A stretch of 64,000 bases of DNA from a virus (taxonomy: Duplodnaviria > Caudoviricetes). A model generated the notes under the pieces. The model saw nothing but the letters and a program-made list of their open reading frames with translations. It did no database searches and was not told the DNA's origin. Shown in pieces: positions 43,601 through 52,151 of this stretch. The stretch's first letter is position 1; every line of letters begins with the position of its first letter. Position numbers and translations under genes: made by a program. The DNA is taken from the IMG/VR virus record IMGVR_UViG_3300028888_000001; one strand, 5' to 3'.

Positions 43601-46600
43601 AGCTTAAAAACAGCATACAATAATTATGGTGGCTTAGGTAATGAAGGTGAGTTGTACGAGCGTTATCTTGCTATAACCGATAGGATAAAACAAGAAGAAG
43701 AGCTTAAGAAACAGGGCTCTGCAAACTCCGCCTTAACTGACATGTCGCCAGTATCGTTAACAGCTGCTTCATCTGAAACGAACAAAGCAACTGGACTGAA
43801 TTCTTATTATTGGCCTGAAACATATACTATGACTGATGACTATATAAGACATACTTGGTCTAGTTATTCTAAAGAAAAGCAAGCTAAGATCAAAGCTGGT
43901 GATTGTACAGACAAAGAGCAAGAAATATATACAAGATATAAATATATCCAAGAAAAGAAAGATGCTAAGAAATTCAGTGCTTCTGGAGAAGCTGTAACGG
44001 TTGATCACAATGCTGCTGGTACGTTGAATCTTGGTGGTTTCTTAGCCAACACCAAAATCCCAACGGATTATCAGCTTAAGAATTCCACTAACCCGCTGAT
44101 GGCTCAATCTATAGAAGCAACTGAAGCATCGGTATTTTCTGTATTACAAAAATTAGCTGGTGGTATATTTGGTTCCGTAAGGGTAACCATGAAAGATTAT
44201 GCTGCCGCTATAAGATCTTCTATAGCTAACTTTGGCGAGAAAGACAGAGCTATCAGAGCAGTACAAGATGGAAACCTGTCTATCTTCTCTCAAGGTTATT
44301 GGGACTTTGCTGAAAATGCTACATCTATGGGTAGCATACTAAATGGTTTAGCTATAGGTATGGGTAGAACAGTTGCTGCTCCATTGCTTGTAGTTAAGTC
44401 ATCAATGAAATCACTAATTGAAGATATTAAAAATATTGGTCCATGGATGACATCTCATTTCTCCGAGCTGGCAGGATTCTTCTTACATCCAATGGATTAT
44501 ATATACAATGCTATATTAAAGAATTATATATATGCCAAATCTCCAAATGCTTCTGGATATGAATCTCCTGAAGGTAAAGTGTTAGCTAACATAATGAATG
44601 TTGGTGGACGTACTATTATCAAAAAGGTATCATCCGCTGTAGCTTCTGCTGCATCTTCAGGCAGTAGATCATCTAGTAGTTCTTCATCTTCTTCAAGCGG
44701 CAGTACATCATCAAGTACCAGTGATTCTGATACATCAATACTTGATAGAATTAGACAGACTGCTTCTAACGTTGGAGGGGCTATAAGAAATACAGCTAGT
44801 AATGTTGTTAGCTGGCTTACTGGTGATAGTGGTTCAAGCAGTGGATCATCAAATAATAATAAACCATCTGTAATTCAAAGAGTTGCTAATGCTGCACATG
44901 ATGCATATACAAGTGTAGTAGACAGATTCCAGCAAGCTGGAAGTACTATAGCAAATACAGCATCCGATATATGGGGTGGCTTAAGAGATACAGCTAGTAA
45001 TTTCGGAAGTTTTATGGGTAATTTATTTGGTAGAGGTAAATATTCCAAACAAATAGACCCATCTATTTCTGGTATAAGGTATAACGCTAGAGGGGACTCT
45101 GAATATCAAACCATAGGCGATTCTGCATGTGGACCAGCTGCAGCTGTAAATGTTATAGAGTCTATGTACGGCAGAGGTAAGTCTGTTAATCCTGTAGTTG
45201 GAGCAACTCAATTTGCTCTTAGTCATGGATATAAAGAACAAGATGGAGGTACACGTCCAGAATTCTTTACTGATTATTTCAATAGATTTGGATTGGATTC
45301 TTCTATTACATATGATAAATCAACTGTAGAAAGAAATATCAATGCTGGTATCCCCACAGTTCTAATGGGAAGTGATTCTAGAGGAACTTCTTCATCGCAT
45401 CCATTTGGACAGAATCCTCATTATGTAACTGTAACTGGAACTGATGGTAGAGGCCATGCTATAGTTCAAGATCCAGAATCTAGATATGATGACCAAGTAT
45501 ATGATGTAAAAGATTTAGTTAAGAGAACTTCTATAGGTGTATCCGCTTATGGTAGAAGTACTCGTAGAAAGAAATATGGCAGAGGTACAGTTTCTCAAGG
45601 CCGTGCCCATGCTATAATTAGTAAGATTAAAGCTTCTAATAAAAATAAACCAACGACGAATCAGATTTATTCTCATCCGAAATTTAATGCTCGAAGCAAA
45701 TTTGGCCGTGGTAGAGATGTTGAGAATCAAGATCTTTGTGTATGGGCAGATGTAACAGCTGAAGAGCTTAATAACTTTATAGCTTCTTATAGAGGTTCCG
45801 ATTCTCCATTTAATGGTAACGGTGCTCTATTTATAGAAATTGGTGAAAGCACTGGTATGGACCCAGTTTATATCTTAGCGCACTCTGCTACAGAATCTGG
45901 CTGGGGTACATCTCAGTATGCTAGAGAACGTGGTAATTACTTTGGTATCGGTGCATATGATGATAATCCTGATAATGCACATACTATGGCTTCATCTAAT
46001 GGTGATTTCCATCCAGATGGACTGTTAGCTGGTGTTCAATGGATTAAGCATGATTACTACGATGCTGGGCAGACCACACTATATCTATTTAACCATGCTG
46101 CTGATGGTTGGCATAATTATCGTACTTCAGATTTCTCTCCTGAAATTAATATAATGAATTCATGTTATGACAGCTGTAACAACTATGATAGCAGAGAGAA
46201 GAAAAAGCATACTGGAGATGGTAGATCTATTCCAGCAACATCAGCTAATACTAATAATAGCAATGGCAGTAGCTCATCAAGCTCAAGTGGAGGAACCACA
46301 ACAGTAGTAAAAGATACTAGAAACATGCTACTTATTCCAGGTCTTAAATTCCATAAAGATTCTGAAAATGATAAGCTTACTGTAAATACTTCGTCAACTT
46401 CTGGAGTTAATACTACAAGTACAGCTGCGCCATCATCTTATAATAGCACTATTAGAACAGAAACAGAGAGAGGCGAAGAAGCATCTCAAGATTCTGCTAC
46501 TGATGCTAATGCCGCTCGTCAAGAGCAACTAGCAATGAGAAATCTTCGAAGAGCTCAGAATGCTCAAGAAGATGCTGTTCATGAGACTGCTGCAATTAGT

Positions 46601-49600
46601 GGCGATTCTCTTAGACAAGAACAGCTCATGATGAGAAACAATAATAACAATAATAAACCAAATACAACCAATAGCAATAATAATACAAACAAACCAAACT
46701 TACTAGAGAGAATAGCAAACTACTTCACAGGTAAAGGCACTGGCGCAGTATCGGGTGATTATAGAACCGTAAATAAGTTTGGTCGTGGTGATGAGAAATA
46801 TTCTATTGGTCAATGGATTAATAGAACTCTAACCGATTCTCCGACAGCTCAGGTTCTTAATAGTTTTCTTGATATAGGCGCGCCGAAAACCGAAGAAAAG
46901 AAAAGCTCTTCTACAGGGTCTGTATCTTACTCTACCTCTTCTTCATCATCTTCTAGTGGAAGTGACGCTGTTAATGCTGTTCTCGGTACCGGTAAAGCTG
47001 CTGATGTTGTAAGAATAGCTCAACATGAAGCTGAACTTACAGACGGAAGTAATATGGAAAATCCAAATGGCAGCAATGCAGTAAAATATAATGACTGGTA
47101 TTATGGAGAACATGTTTCTGGAGATGCTTATCCATGGTGTGCAGCGTTTGTATCATGGGTATTAAACAAAGCTGGAGTTGGAGAGAATATATTACCTAAG
47201 ACGGCTAGCGCTCCTCAATTCTATGAGAACGTGGGTACCCATGGCGGTAAATATGTATCGGCTTCTGATGGAGCACCTGGAGATATTATTACATTTTCTA
47301 ACACTGGAAATTCTGGTGGAATCTATCACGTTGGGTTGGTAGAAAATGTATCTGGTGGTAAAGTAAATACCATCGAGGGCAATACATATCAGGGTTCTGG
47401 AGACTGGGGTGTTTATAGAGTAAACTACGATGTTAATGATAGCAGACTATTACTCGGAAGGCCAAATTATGGAACCGGTAAAGGTAAAAATGAAAGTAAG
47501 CCTATGAGTAAATATGGCAGAGCTAAAGATTTCTTTGGTAGAGGCCGTCGTCGTTACAAAGTACCAAAATTTGGAACTGGTAATAGAGCTTCTGAAGTTT
47601 GGAACTGGTTTACTAAACACGGATATTCAGAACAAGCCACTGCTGGTATTCTTGGTAACATGGAGCAAGAATCTACTGTTGATCCGGAAGTTATCCAAGG
47701 CAATGGCGCTGGCCCAGCAGCTGGTATCGTTCAATGGGAAAATTATAATACTAAAAGTTCAAGATGGCTAAATATGAGTAACTACGCTGCATCTAAAGGT
47801 CGTGATTGGACCGATCTTGAATCTCAGCTAGAATTCATAGATAAAGAAAACAAAGAAGGCACCGATGTTTTCTGGTCTTTAGCCGATGTTTATAAATCAT
47901 ATGATGACTTTAAGAAAGCTGATAATACTATAGCTGCAACTGATTCATTCGAGCAAGCATTTGAACGTGCTGGAACGCCGATGATGGATAATCGTTATAC
48001 AGCAGCAAATAATTATTATAAACAATTCACTGGTAAAGAGGGCGATCCGATCGGAAGTGTTGTTAATAGCACTGGCGGTAGTAGCAGTACTGGAGGATCA
48101 AATTCAGGTGGTAGTTCAGGAGATCAAAAATACTCAATTGGTCAATGGCTTAATAGAGTATTAACAGATTCACCTGTAGCTCAAGTTCTTAATAGTTTCC
48201 TTGATATCGGTGGTGGATCAACCACTACTGAAGAAGAGATTATCGAATCTGGCGGGACTGTTAATAATGGCGGAGACGCTAGTAGCAACAGCAACCCATC
48301 TGGAAATTATACTGGTAATACCCAAATAACATCGACTCCTGGAGCTGGAGGCAATAGCCCGCTAGTAGTATATACCGCAATAAGCCCATGTCAATCAGGA
48401 AAAAGAACTCACGATATTGATGCTATAACCATACACTATATGTCATCCGATATGTCTGTTGAGGGATGCGGTAGTTGTTTTGATGGAAGTGATGGTCAAA
48501 AGAGCTCAAACTATGGTGTTGGTTCTGATGGTCGTATAGGTATGTATGTCGAGGAGAATCACCACGCATGGACATCAGCTGATTATGATAATGATGATAG
48601 AGCTGTAACTATCGAAGTTGCTAACCAGCCAGATGGAAGCCCAACTAGCGCTGCTTATAACGCACTAATCGATCTTTGTACTGATATTTGTATACGTAAT
48701 AATATAGCTGAACTTAAATGGAAAAATGATGAATCTCTTAAGAGAGATATTGATCAACAAAATATGACTATCCATAAATGGTTCTCATCTACCGATTGTC
48801 CTGGACCATGGTTTAGTGAACACATGGGTGAAATTGCTGCAGATGTAAATGCTAAACTTAAAGGCTCAGGTAAAGGTAAATTTGGCCGTGGTAATGGTGT
48901 CAAAATTAATAAGAGTAAATTAGGAGTATTTAATAACGGTTTAGGTAAAGACGGATTTGCTAAACCAAAGAGATTTAGTAAACCTAAATTTGGTATGGGA
49001 GCAACCGACTTATCACCGAAATTAGCAAGACAAATTGCTATTACAAAGCCCAATACAAAGAAACAGCGTTTAGCTAAAGCTATAGCTGAAATGACGAACG
49101 GGGCAGATCCAAAACAAAAATATTATGATGCTAAGAATAGAGCCAAGAACAAAAACAAATACGGTAAAGGTACAATGCCTCCAACCGAAGCTGCCAAGAA
49201 TACAATTGATTTCTATAAGAAGAAACCAGTTGTTGGTAAAGGTAAATTTGGTAGAGGTCCTGGTGATGTATTTTTCTTTGATGATGGAACTGTTCAACGC
49301 ATTCCTGAACTTAAATTTAGCGATATTTTATCAGGTGTAACTACAGTTAATAGTACTAATAGAAGAAGAGCTATTAATAATGGAGGTTGGGATTCTATCT
49401 CAGACTCTGGCACCAATACATTATCTTCTTATAATAATTGGGACGCTATATATGATGAAGAATTCGAAGCTGATAATACAGCTAGTTCAACTGTTAATGA
49501 GCCAAGAATTTTACAAAGAACTTATAGCTCGTTAGCTAACAGAAGAAATTCTGTTAGCGCAAATGCTATAAGAAATAGAACCACTGGTACTATAACAACA

Positions 49601-50086
49601 GCTTCTAATTACAATAATTCTGTTGGTGCAAATGCTATAAGAAATAGAACCACTGGAGCTACAACAACATCTTCTAATTACAATTATGCTTCTCAATTAA
49701 ATAACTCAGCTAATTATTCTAATAATAATCTATCTACTAGACGACAAGCCATGATGCAAAATAGCGGCACGAATAATAATACTAATACTTCGTCTATAAA
49801 TTACATGAGTGTAATCAGAGAGATTATTAATATTCTTATTACTGTCGCTAATAATACTGATAAGCTTAATACTATCATTACTATACTACAGAGTAAGCTT
49901 GGGATTAACGTGAATGCTCAAGACGTATCGAATGCTCAGACATCATCTAATTCTACTGCTTATTTAGCTAATGCATTAATGAATGCGAATAATAGAAGTT
50001 CCAGTCTTAATGCGTATAGCGATACTGTAAATAGTGGATCATTAAATTCAATTATAGCAGCTATGAACGCCATAGCATCTGAATAA
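34649..50086 (+). CDS. Giant tape-measure-like tail protein with five C-terminal hydrolase domains (C39-like peptidase, GH73 glucosaminidase, CHAP, phage tail lysozyme, amidase_2)
   Basis: 5145 aa, helical Ala/Gly-rich body. SACGPAAA...HYVTVTG...QDP (~45040-45540); LAHSATESGWG...NYFGIGAYD (~45720-46190); WCAAFVSW...HVGLV...TIEGN (~46990-47470); AGILGNMEQES...GIVQW...FERAG (~47580-48030); ITIHY...HAW...IEV...HKWF...CPG (~48360-48860). Confidence 0.85.
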   Translation: MAFKLPKLTRSNTNYLKNAVKSITFIAADVAKSDLVPAVSDFVESNKDFVKATYSNIRIPKMKDRRNISAFSNNKIFQAVNYGINNLKTDLASGDFYAKARADADLAEVMGFDMSDWDDLDNFDFENFDDIDNAPSAEPQMTKGDAAIVKSIEATSSASARATVNAVVSSTEQSIKSSRLISGMLFQQQEKIFASTHRDLSLIGGTLSSLFEFTKGVLGNIDSNLSEFQTEMLKTTNAQTEILKDILEIQRNQYKSAQERELENAQKRSSKRKRLGDIYGIDDYVDMVKDNVSSLMSEFGFGGDEGGLGVDSIIKMFGAAPVKEILTFGMSKMIPSIVKTATQALDTTISSVFANIMARLDNNKDDFGILGFISRIFGVNTDVSSTINTAKYEKGPVPFDGITRKAIIDVIPGYLSRIEAFLTGKPMQDFDFESGRWQDLAKGRTRFEKAKQDRINYALYDVKNAGFEDAVKNAAPSNEAEKKKWEKAANDFLNEFLAKRLGVYNANVTDPDKNGIDITKNPELYKYFSQLLKIYDTFDAEEYTDSKGRKRTRYTKSSVKAKLPAELMEARTAQQRAIEEMGSTGHSSVVKAFEYKDAAIPEFAESFVDRLAGKFGSTNLSTQSINDLFSYRDNYGNTLHTYLYNINRELQYIRLYGSTSAAAPKPENTSSARSNIIGSITGADQAFFSSRYGSTINNTASTTSTASDAARRFEAIDLRDVAYLNEQERLRQERLAAEEEARQKAEDEARQKAEAAAKSNYKKSTFAKILSDDTLDLRSFSGDERDYVLGLSKLAARGQSDKIRAIYEDVNDTTDGYNEKKVSDFFKKQFIDAGITSKELYETAISRADAQGKRTYEVISDSERSFLNKILRKIKIAREGSFLDNITAAPAKAFSNILYSADRAIYEMFFKYEFKDENGNDYNGFLDFLAGQTKSVIDKIKTQIFDPLREKFNNFIEGTIFKKENREEFFKGLKETFLGGASKIGSTVVTGTNEVIVQPALNAADAAGIKGKAEEIVNRVFNNGEEQPAAATQQVEQPAQQQTTEQTAEHNALGSLGRPYTGRTMLTKGEVLLNGRGAQVVPKTGLYNVVNSHIVNTEDAHDYLGVPGPRTTITQAKAAENAAEKRIFGRHAEGTIDIDKFINSQGNIFNKKYTKMSKDEAQQIVKDAVGDAKSVGQIAGGGLLGALISGIFGLAGGPLVGAGVGAAITLAKKSKTLQNFLFGKVGENGEREDNGIIKKSVQDAFKKYAPDMAKFAGAGFAASLITPLGPVGGIMLGAAAGYLKNNEEMRERIFGRLKIGDKEKEVIKKMLPAGLKGASVGAIATLFGGPFGLIGNAALGGAIGMMTSTEEFKKLMLGERINGVLQGGILQPIKDAFAPIAEAGNEFKDRIFSAIDDNIITPIQRFIKPTLHAIPRALGFIPRIIAQTLLDKKFALGMSGIFADLIVKPITGALMPIAKIGGSLTRAATTPVRLLGAVGNKLHKGQIDKRTDTYETAAERVAFNTDVLGRKSSQYDLNLANIGKEGGMSVERAKTISQAITLYTTSRETLSRQKHGVEREILKVLNGWKGNNGQTLPRKIKASCVKAIDSGRPAAIANILRGAGLSNNEMSALWEQLKPLIDNWTELHTKEQEARNMSDADKTKMGKDLRAAFRDELGIEGKALKNLDFNNMDQMRNISKQLNLEIEDREALAGMKAPEIQISENVDTIRDIIVKWATKGIKLADPEDDTYDEDIQSAIEKHTNLGKADRSIAKALARGTKQSDSIGDDELDDRANDELTRQVKGKGIPIVGALPVIRRLPFIGRKSNIHFMHASKPSRLVDKYSKKYGLPSSIVNVLANMNMLNAPSLKSIKTLYKKVAFDATGAGYIAACSRAKINGLVKIFNNEDFTNYFENRANNNKFITPDEIKYLTKSCHSRVFRRTLFNRLRRVVENEAWDKFENIIAICEMDGNTAAELQAKIGVGSDRSYNFFNDAETNAAIDKERKARAAGQQANATQEIAQEQQAAAQETAPDHNFLGSIIGGLGSVAGGLLGGASKAVLGLGGGLLSGLGNIIGGIGKGISNLLGFGKDKNQEGGQAQNPAIVGGAVQAATENAGGGVTGLSEDVDKRGDDTDVVYDQETSTGIKIREKNDGTVEPDTRDQATKAALNWKAVKQKAQETSQAIADKANQAITAALGAADAAKHTAKKGMGWLTKLLLGGMLAKGLLNSGVFKRIKENYLSPLWNNAIKPKLLGIGSWIINEAIPGIWNFATKTIWPKVKNFLQEDLPNFFTKTLPGLASKVVTGIISVKDFVVKDVLPTVWEFVTTDFVPFVTKYFTEDIPNLFLKNIPALGTNINEWWNGDGSEGSGAKNDILNKINEAKDAVTNWWNGDGTEGSGAKNYVSNAIHGVGTAISDLWNGTESNEGIKTWLGDAIGGVTTGIGNWWNGDGTEGSGFKNTFKDILKNDVGPFLSETFFPALGTFLHDAVLPAVGTILSSLAKSIIKGIVPSTADLVGSLLDNTVAEDNNVGATATVDPKKIIEEKGEDYVTALKDENGKKLTAKDLAEGNYKNVYNTEWAKGKKNEDGTVTFTDRSANGSEYAEAALNATLHSITNPAMAQNVIKMADFMAKNGGKVITGIGKVGSHIPVVGGAFKLGATAGNAMLQGTAKALTTPARLGVKISQSGPFKAIATKLDEALEALLTHSTILNRLKNCAIGQGISNFAAWLKNVKNSLTSVFHKATTEAVQTATDAEITTAVKAAGKALAIAQLVADFLIGCDRAESIVGVTETSFLEEIICGFINAIVNYFFIFAMYPGVNKIARWLFEKFCSDYEERRKEAEAEYEEYLKNNTDASSTKTFEEYLRQKYSATGFITESIKDAFAGVFKDTSVVTLENSPSVALSYNGDWEYTYDMTDADVAKHYSELSRKKIRQLETDAMADYRNGGGRQLEILKRIQYIKDNNPELITNDNQGQYLWTEDLSDQDILNMFKDYQDQGLLDQIESLKTAYNNYGGLGNEGELYERYLAITDRIKQEEELKKQGSANSALTDMSPVSLTAASSETNKATGLNSYYWPETYTMTDDYIRHTWSSYSKEKQAKIKAGDCTDKEQEIYTRYKYIQEKKDAKKFSASGEAVTVDHNAAGTLNLGGFLANTKIPTDYQLKNSTNPLMAQSIEATEASVFSVLQKLAGGIFGSVRVTMKDYAAAIRSSIANFGEKDRAIRAVQDGNLSIFSQGYWDFAENATSMGSILNGLAIGMGRTVAAPLLVVKSSMKSLIEDIKNIGPWMTSHFSELAGFFLHPMDYIYNAILKNYIYAKSPNASGYESPEGKVLANIMNVGGRTIIKKVSSAVASAASSGSRSSSSSSSSSSGSTSSSTSDSDTSILDRIRQTASNVGGAIRNTASNVVSWLTGDSGSSSGSSNNNKPSVIQRVANAAHDAYTSVVDRFQQAGSTIANTASDIWGGLRDTASNFGSFMGNLFGRGKYSKQIDPSISGIRYNARGDSEYQTIGDSACGPAAAVNVIESMYGRGKSVNPVVGATQFALSHGYKEQDGGTRPEFFTDYFNRFGLDSSITYDKSTVERNINAGIPTVLMGSDSRGTSSSHPFGQNPHYVTVTGTDGRGHAIVQDPESRYDDQVYDVKDLVKRTSIGVSAYGRSTRRKKYGRGTVSQGRAHAIISKIKASNKNKPTTNQIYSHPKFNARSKFGRGRDVENQDLCVWADVTAEELNNFIASYRGSDSPFNGNGALFIEIGESTGMDPVYILAHSATESGWGTSQYARERGNYFGIGAYDDNPDNAHTMASSNGDFHPDGLLAGVQWIKHDYYDAGQTTLYLFNHAADGWHNYRTSDFSPEINIMNSCYDSCNNYDSREKKKHTGDGRSIPATSANTNNSNGSSSSSSSGGTTTVVKDTRNMLLIPGLKFHKDSENDKLTVNTSSTSGVNTTSTAAPSSYNSTIRTETERGEEASQDSATDANAARQEQLAMRNLRRAQNAQEDAVHETAAISGDSLRQEQLMMRNNNNNNKPNTTNSNNNTNKPNLLERIANYFTGKGTGAVSGDYRTVNKFGRGDEKYSIGQWINRTLTDSPTAQVLNSFLDIGAPKTEEKKSSSTGSVSYSTSSSSSSSGSDAVNAVLGTGKAADVVRIAQHEAELTDGSNMENPNGSNAVKYNDWYYGEHVSGDAYPWCAAFVSWVLNKAGVGENILPKTASAPQFYENVGTHGGKYVSASDGAPGDIITFSNTGNSGGIYHVGLVENVSGGKVNTIEGNTYQGSGDWGVYRVNYDVNDSRLLLGRPNYGTGKGKNESKPMSKYGRAKDFFGRGRRRYKVPKFGTGNRASEVWNWFTKHGYSEQATAGILGNMEQESTVDPEVIQGNGAGPAAGIVQWENYNTKSSRWLNMSNYAASKGRDWTDLESQLEFIDKENKEGTDVFWSLADVYKSYDDFKKADNTIAATDSFEQAFERAGTPMMDNRYTAANNYYKQFTGKEGDPIGSVVNSTGGSSSTGGSNSGGSSGDQKYSIGQWLNRVLTDSPVAQVLNSFLDIGGGSTTTEEEIIESGGTVNNGGDASSNSNPSGNYTGNTQITSTPGAGGNSPLVVYTAISPCQSGKRTHDIDAITIHYMSSDMSVEGCGSCFDGSDGQKSSNYGVGSDGRIGMYVEENHHAWTSADYDNDDRAVTIEVANQPDGSPTSAAYNALIDLCTDICIRNNIAELKWKNDESLKRDIDQQNMTIHKWFSSTDCPGPWFSEHMGEIAADVNAKLKGSGKGKFGRGNGVKINKSKLGVFNNGLGKDGFAKPKRFSKPKFGMGATDLSPKLARQIAITKPNTKKQRLAKAIAEMTNGADPKQKYYDAKNRAKNKNKYGKGTMPPTEAAKNTIDFYKKKPVVGKGKFGRGPGDVFFFDDGTVQRIPELKFSDILSGVTTVNSTNRRRAINNGGWDSISDSGTNTLSSYNNWDAIYDEEFEADNTASSTVNEPRILQRTYSSLANRRNSVSANAIRNRTTGTITTASNYNNSVGANAIRNRTTGATTTSSNYNYASQLNNSANYSNNNLSTRRQAMMQNSGTNNNTNTSSINYMSVIREIINILITVANNTDKLNTIITILQSKLGINVNAQDVSNAQTSSNSTAYLANALMNANNRSSSLNAYSDTVNSGSLNSIIAAMNAIASE

Positions 50087-50170
50087 CTAAAAATAATAAA
50101 ATAATAATTCCACGGGTCTAAAATGACCCGTGGAACACTTAAATAATTATAATAAGATACAATTGGAGGT

Positions 50171-52078
50171 GTGTATATGCCAGCGGTTATAGATGATAGC
50201 GGCAAAATACTTGCCAATTATTCTAATACCAAAAAATTTACTGTACGTGTCTCTATGATATATGTATTCAAAGCCGCCACCAGTGCTACATCAAAACCTA
50301 ATAGATGTGGCACTCTTAAATTGTCTGAAACTTTTAAAGCAGAACCAGTTGAAGGCAAGAAAGGCTGGTATAAAATAACAAGTGGTACGTATAAAGGTCG
50401 ATATGTATTTCAAAAAGAAAACGAAGAAGTCGGATATAACTTTGCTTCAGTAGCAGATTCGACTTCTGTAACTCCAGAACAAAATGAGCAAGCGCGTATA
50501 GCTATAACAGAAGCAACGACAAATGAAGATGGAAATCCGACAACTGTAAATTCAGAGGGTGAAGTTACAGATGAAAATTCCAATAACAATACGTCAACAT
50601 ATCAAGGCTCCCCAACAGAAATGCCATCTGAATTTATGGAAACGTATAATGGTGATTATATAAATTCAGAAGACTATAGAGCGTATCTAGAAAATCTTGA
50701 AGATGGGCTATCAATAAAACGTCTTAGTGTTATTTTAGGATTACCTCACCAATTTTTACCAACTGCAGACGCTAGGCTGGATGGTACTGGTAGGGTAGCC
50801 TCAATAGGTAGAACATATGCTGAAAAGATAGTAAAATATATGCCAGTTATGTTTATTACCCCAGGAGTTCCAGAATTTATGAAAGGTTTCTCTGCAGAAC
50901 AGAGAACCAATATGTTAGCTGGATTGGTTTCTGGTATACAAGATGCTATATCAGCATATGACATGGAATCGTCTTCATATTATGGTAGATATTATTCTCT
51001 TAAATTTGCGTACGTAGATTATTTTAAATATGTAAATGGCATGCTAAGATCAGCAGCATTATTTTTAGGAATAGATTCAGTTACAGTTAACGGAAAAACT
51101 CTTGGAACTTATAATTGGTTATATAATGGTGAAGATCATCATATTAATAATGCTACTGGTACAGGTTGGGTTGGAAGTTGGTTAGGAAACTATGTTGGTG
51201 CTATAGCAATATACGCAGATTGTGGCAATACTATAAACGATTCATTTTCTAACTCCACTGGAGAATCTAATCTTGCTAGCACTCTAGGTTCAGTATCTGA
51301 TAGTGGTAGAGAGTTAAACTTCTTGTTGGGCAATGTAGGATCATTAACAGGCTTAAAACTAAATAAGCTTACTGGTGAACAAGATCTATTAGATAATATG
51401 GACAAAGTTAGAAGTGCTATAGATGATACTATGGGAGGGGCTAATATATTTAGTAATATATTAAATAAAGCTCAAACCATACTAGCAGGTGGTAGGCTTG
51501 TATTCCCAGAAATTTGGACTAATTCTGAATTTGGTAGATCATACTCTTGCTCTATGAAATTAGTATCACCTGCAGGAGATCCTCTAAGTGTATATTTAAA
51601 TATACTAGTCCCAATATATCATCTTCTAGGAATGTGCTTACCAAGAGAAAGTATGTCACAAGCATACTTTTCTCCATTCTTATTAAGATGCTATTACAAA
51701 GGCTTATTTCATATAGACATGGGAATTATGACAGGTTTAAGCGTTACCAAAGGATCGGAAGCCGAGTGGACTTACGATGGTATTCCGACTGTAGCAGACG
51801 TTAGTTTTGAAATTAAAGACCTATATCAATCGATGTATATGTCTAGAGCCGACGACTCTGGTTCTCTAGGATTGTTGAGCAATATGGCCGAGCTTGATTA
51901 TATAGCAAATTCTTGTGGTGTTAATATTAACGATCAAGAAATTCTTAGATCATATAAGTTATGGTCATTGCTTAAATTAAGAAATGCTCCTGGAGATTTC
52001 GTGTATAACAATATATATGGTAATATTCTTCAATTCTTTAATCAGAAGGCTTATAATATGTTTGCCATGTTTAGTTAA
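50171..52078 (+). CDS. Virion structural (baseplate/tail) protein with N-terminal SH3-like region
   Basis: 635 aa, downstream of the tape-measure gene, late promoter 50134..50145, GWYKITSGTYKGRYV SH3-like segment. Confidence 0.5.
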   Translation: MYMPAVIDDSGKILANYSNTKKFTVRVSMIYVFKAATSATSKPNRCGTLKLSETFKAEPVEGKKGWYKITSGTYKGRYVFQKENEEVGYNFASVADSTSVTPEQNEQARIAITEATTNEDGNPTTVNSEGEVTDENSNNNTSTYQGSPTEMPSEFMETYNGDYINSEDYRAYLENLEDGLSIKRLSVILGLPHQFLPTADARLDGTGRVASIGRTYAEKIVKYMPVMFITPGVPEFMKGFSAEQRTNMLAGLVSGIQDAISAYDMESSSYYGRYYSLKFAYVDYFKYVNGMLRSAALFLGIDSVTVNGKTLGTYNWLYNGEDHHINNATGTGWVGSWLGNYVGAIAIYADCGNTINDSFSNSTGESNLASTLGSVSDSGRELNFLLGNVGSLTGLKLNKLTGEQDLLDNMDKVRSAIDDTMGGANIFSNILNKAQTILAGGRLVFPEIWTNSEFGRSYSCSMKLVSPAGDPLSVYLNILVPIYHLLGMCLPRESMSQAYFSPFLLRCYYKGLFHIDMGIMTGLSVTKGSEAEWTYDGIPTVADVSFEIKDLYQSMYMSRADDSGSLGLLSNMAELDYIANSCGVNINDQEILRSYKLWSLLKLRNAPGDFVYNNIYGNILQFFNQKAYNMFAMFS

Positions 52079-52151
52079 AAAATAAATACTAAAATACATA
52101 AGATTAAGTGGAGTGATCCACTTAATCTTAAATTAATAATTGGTGGTGATT

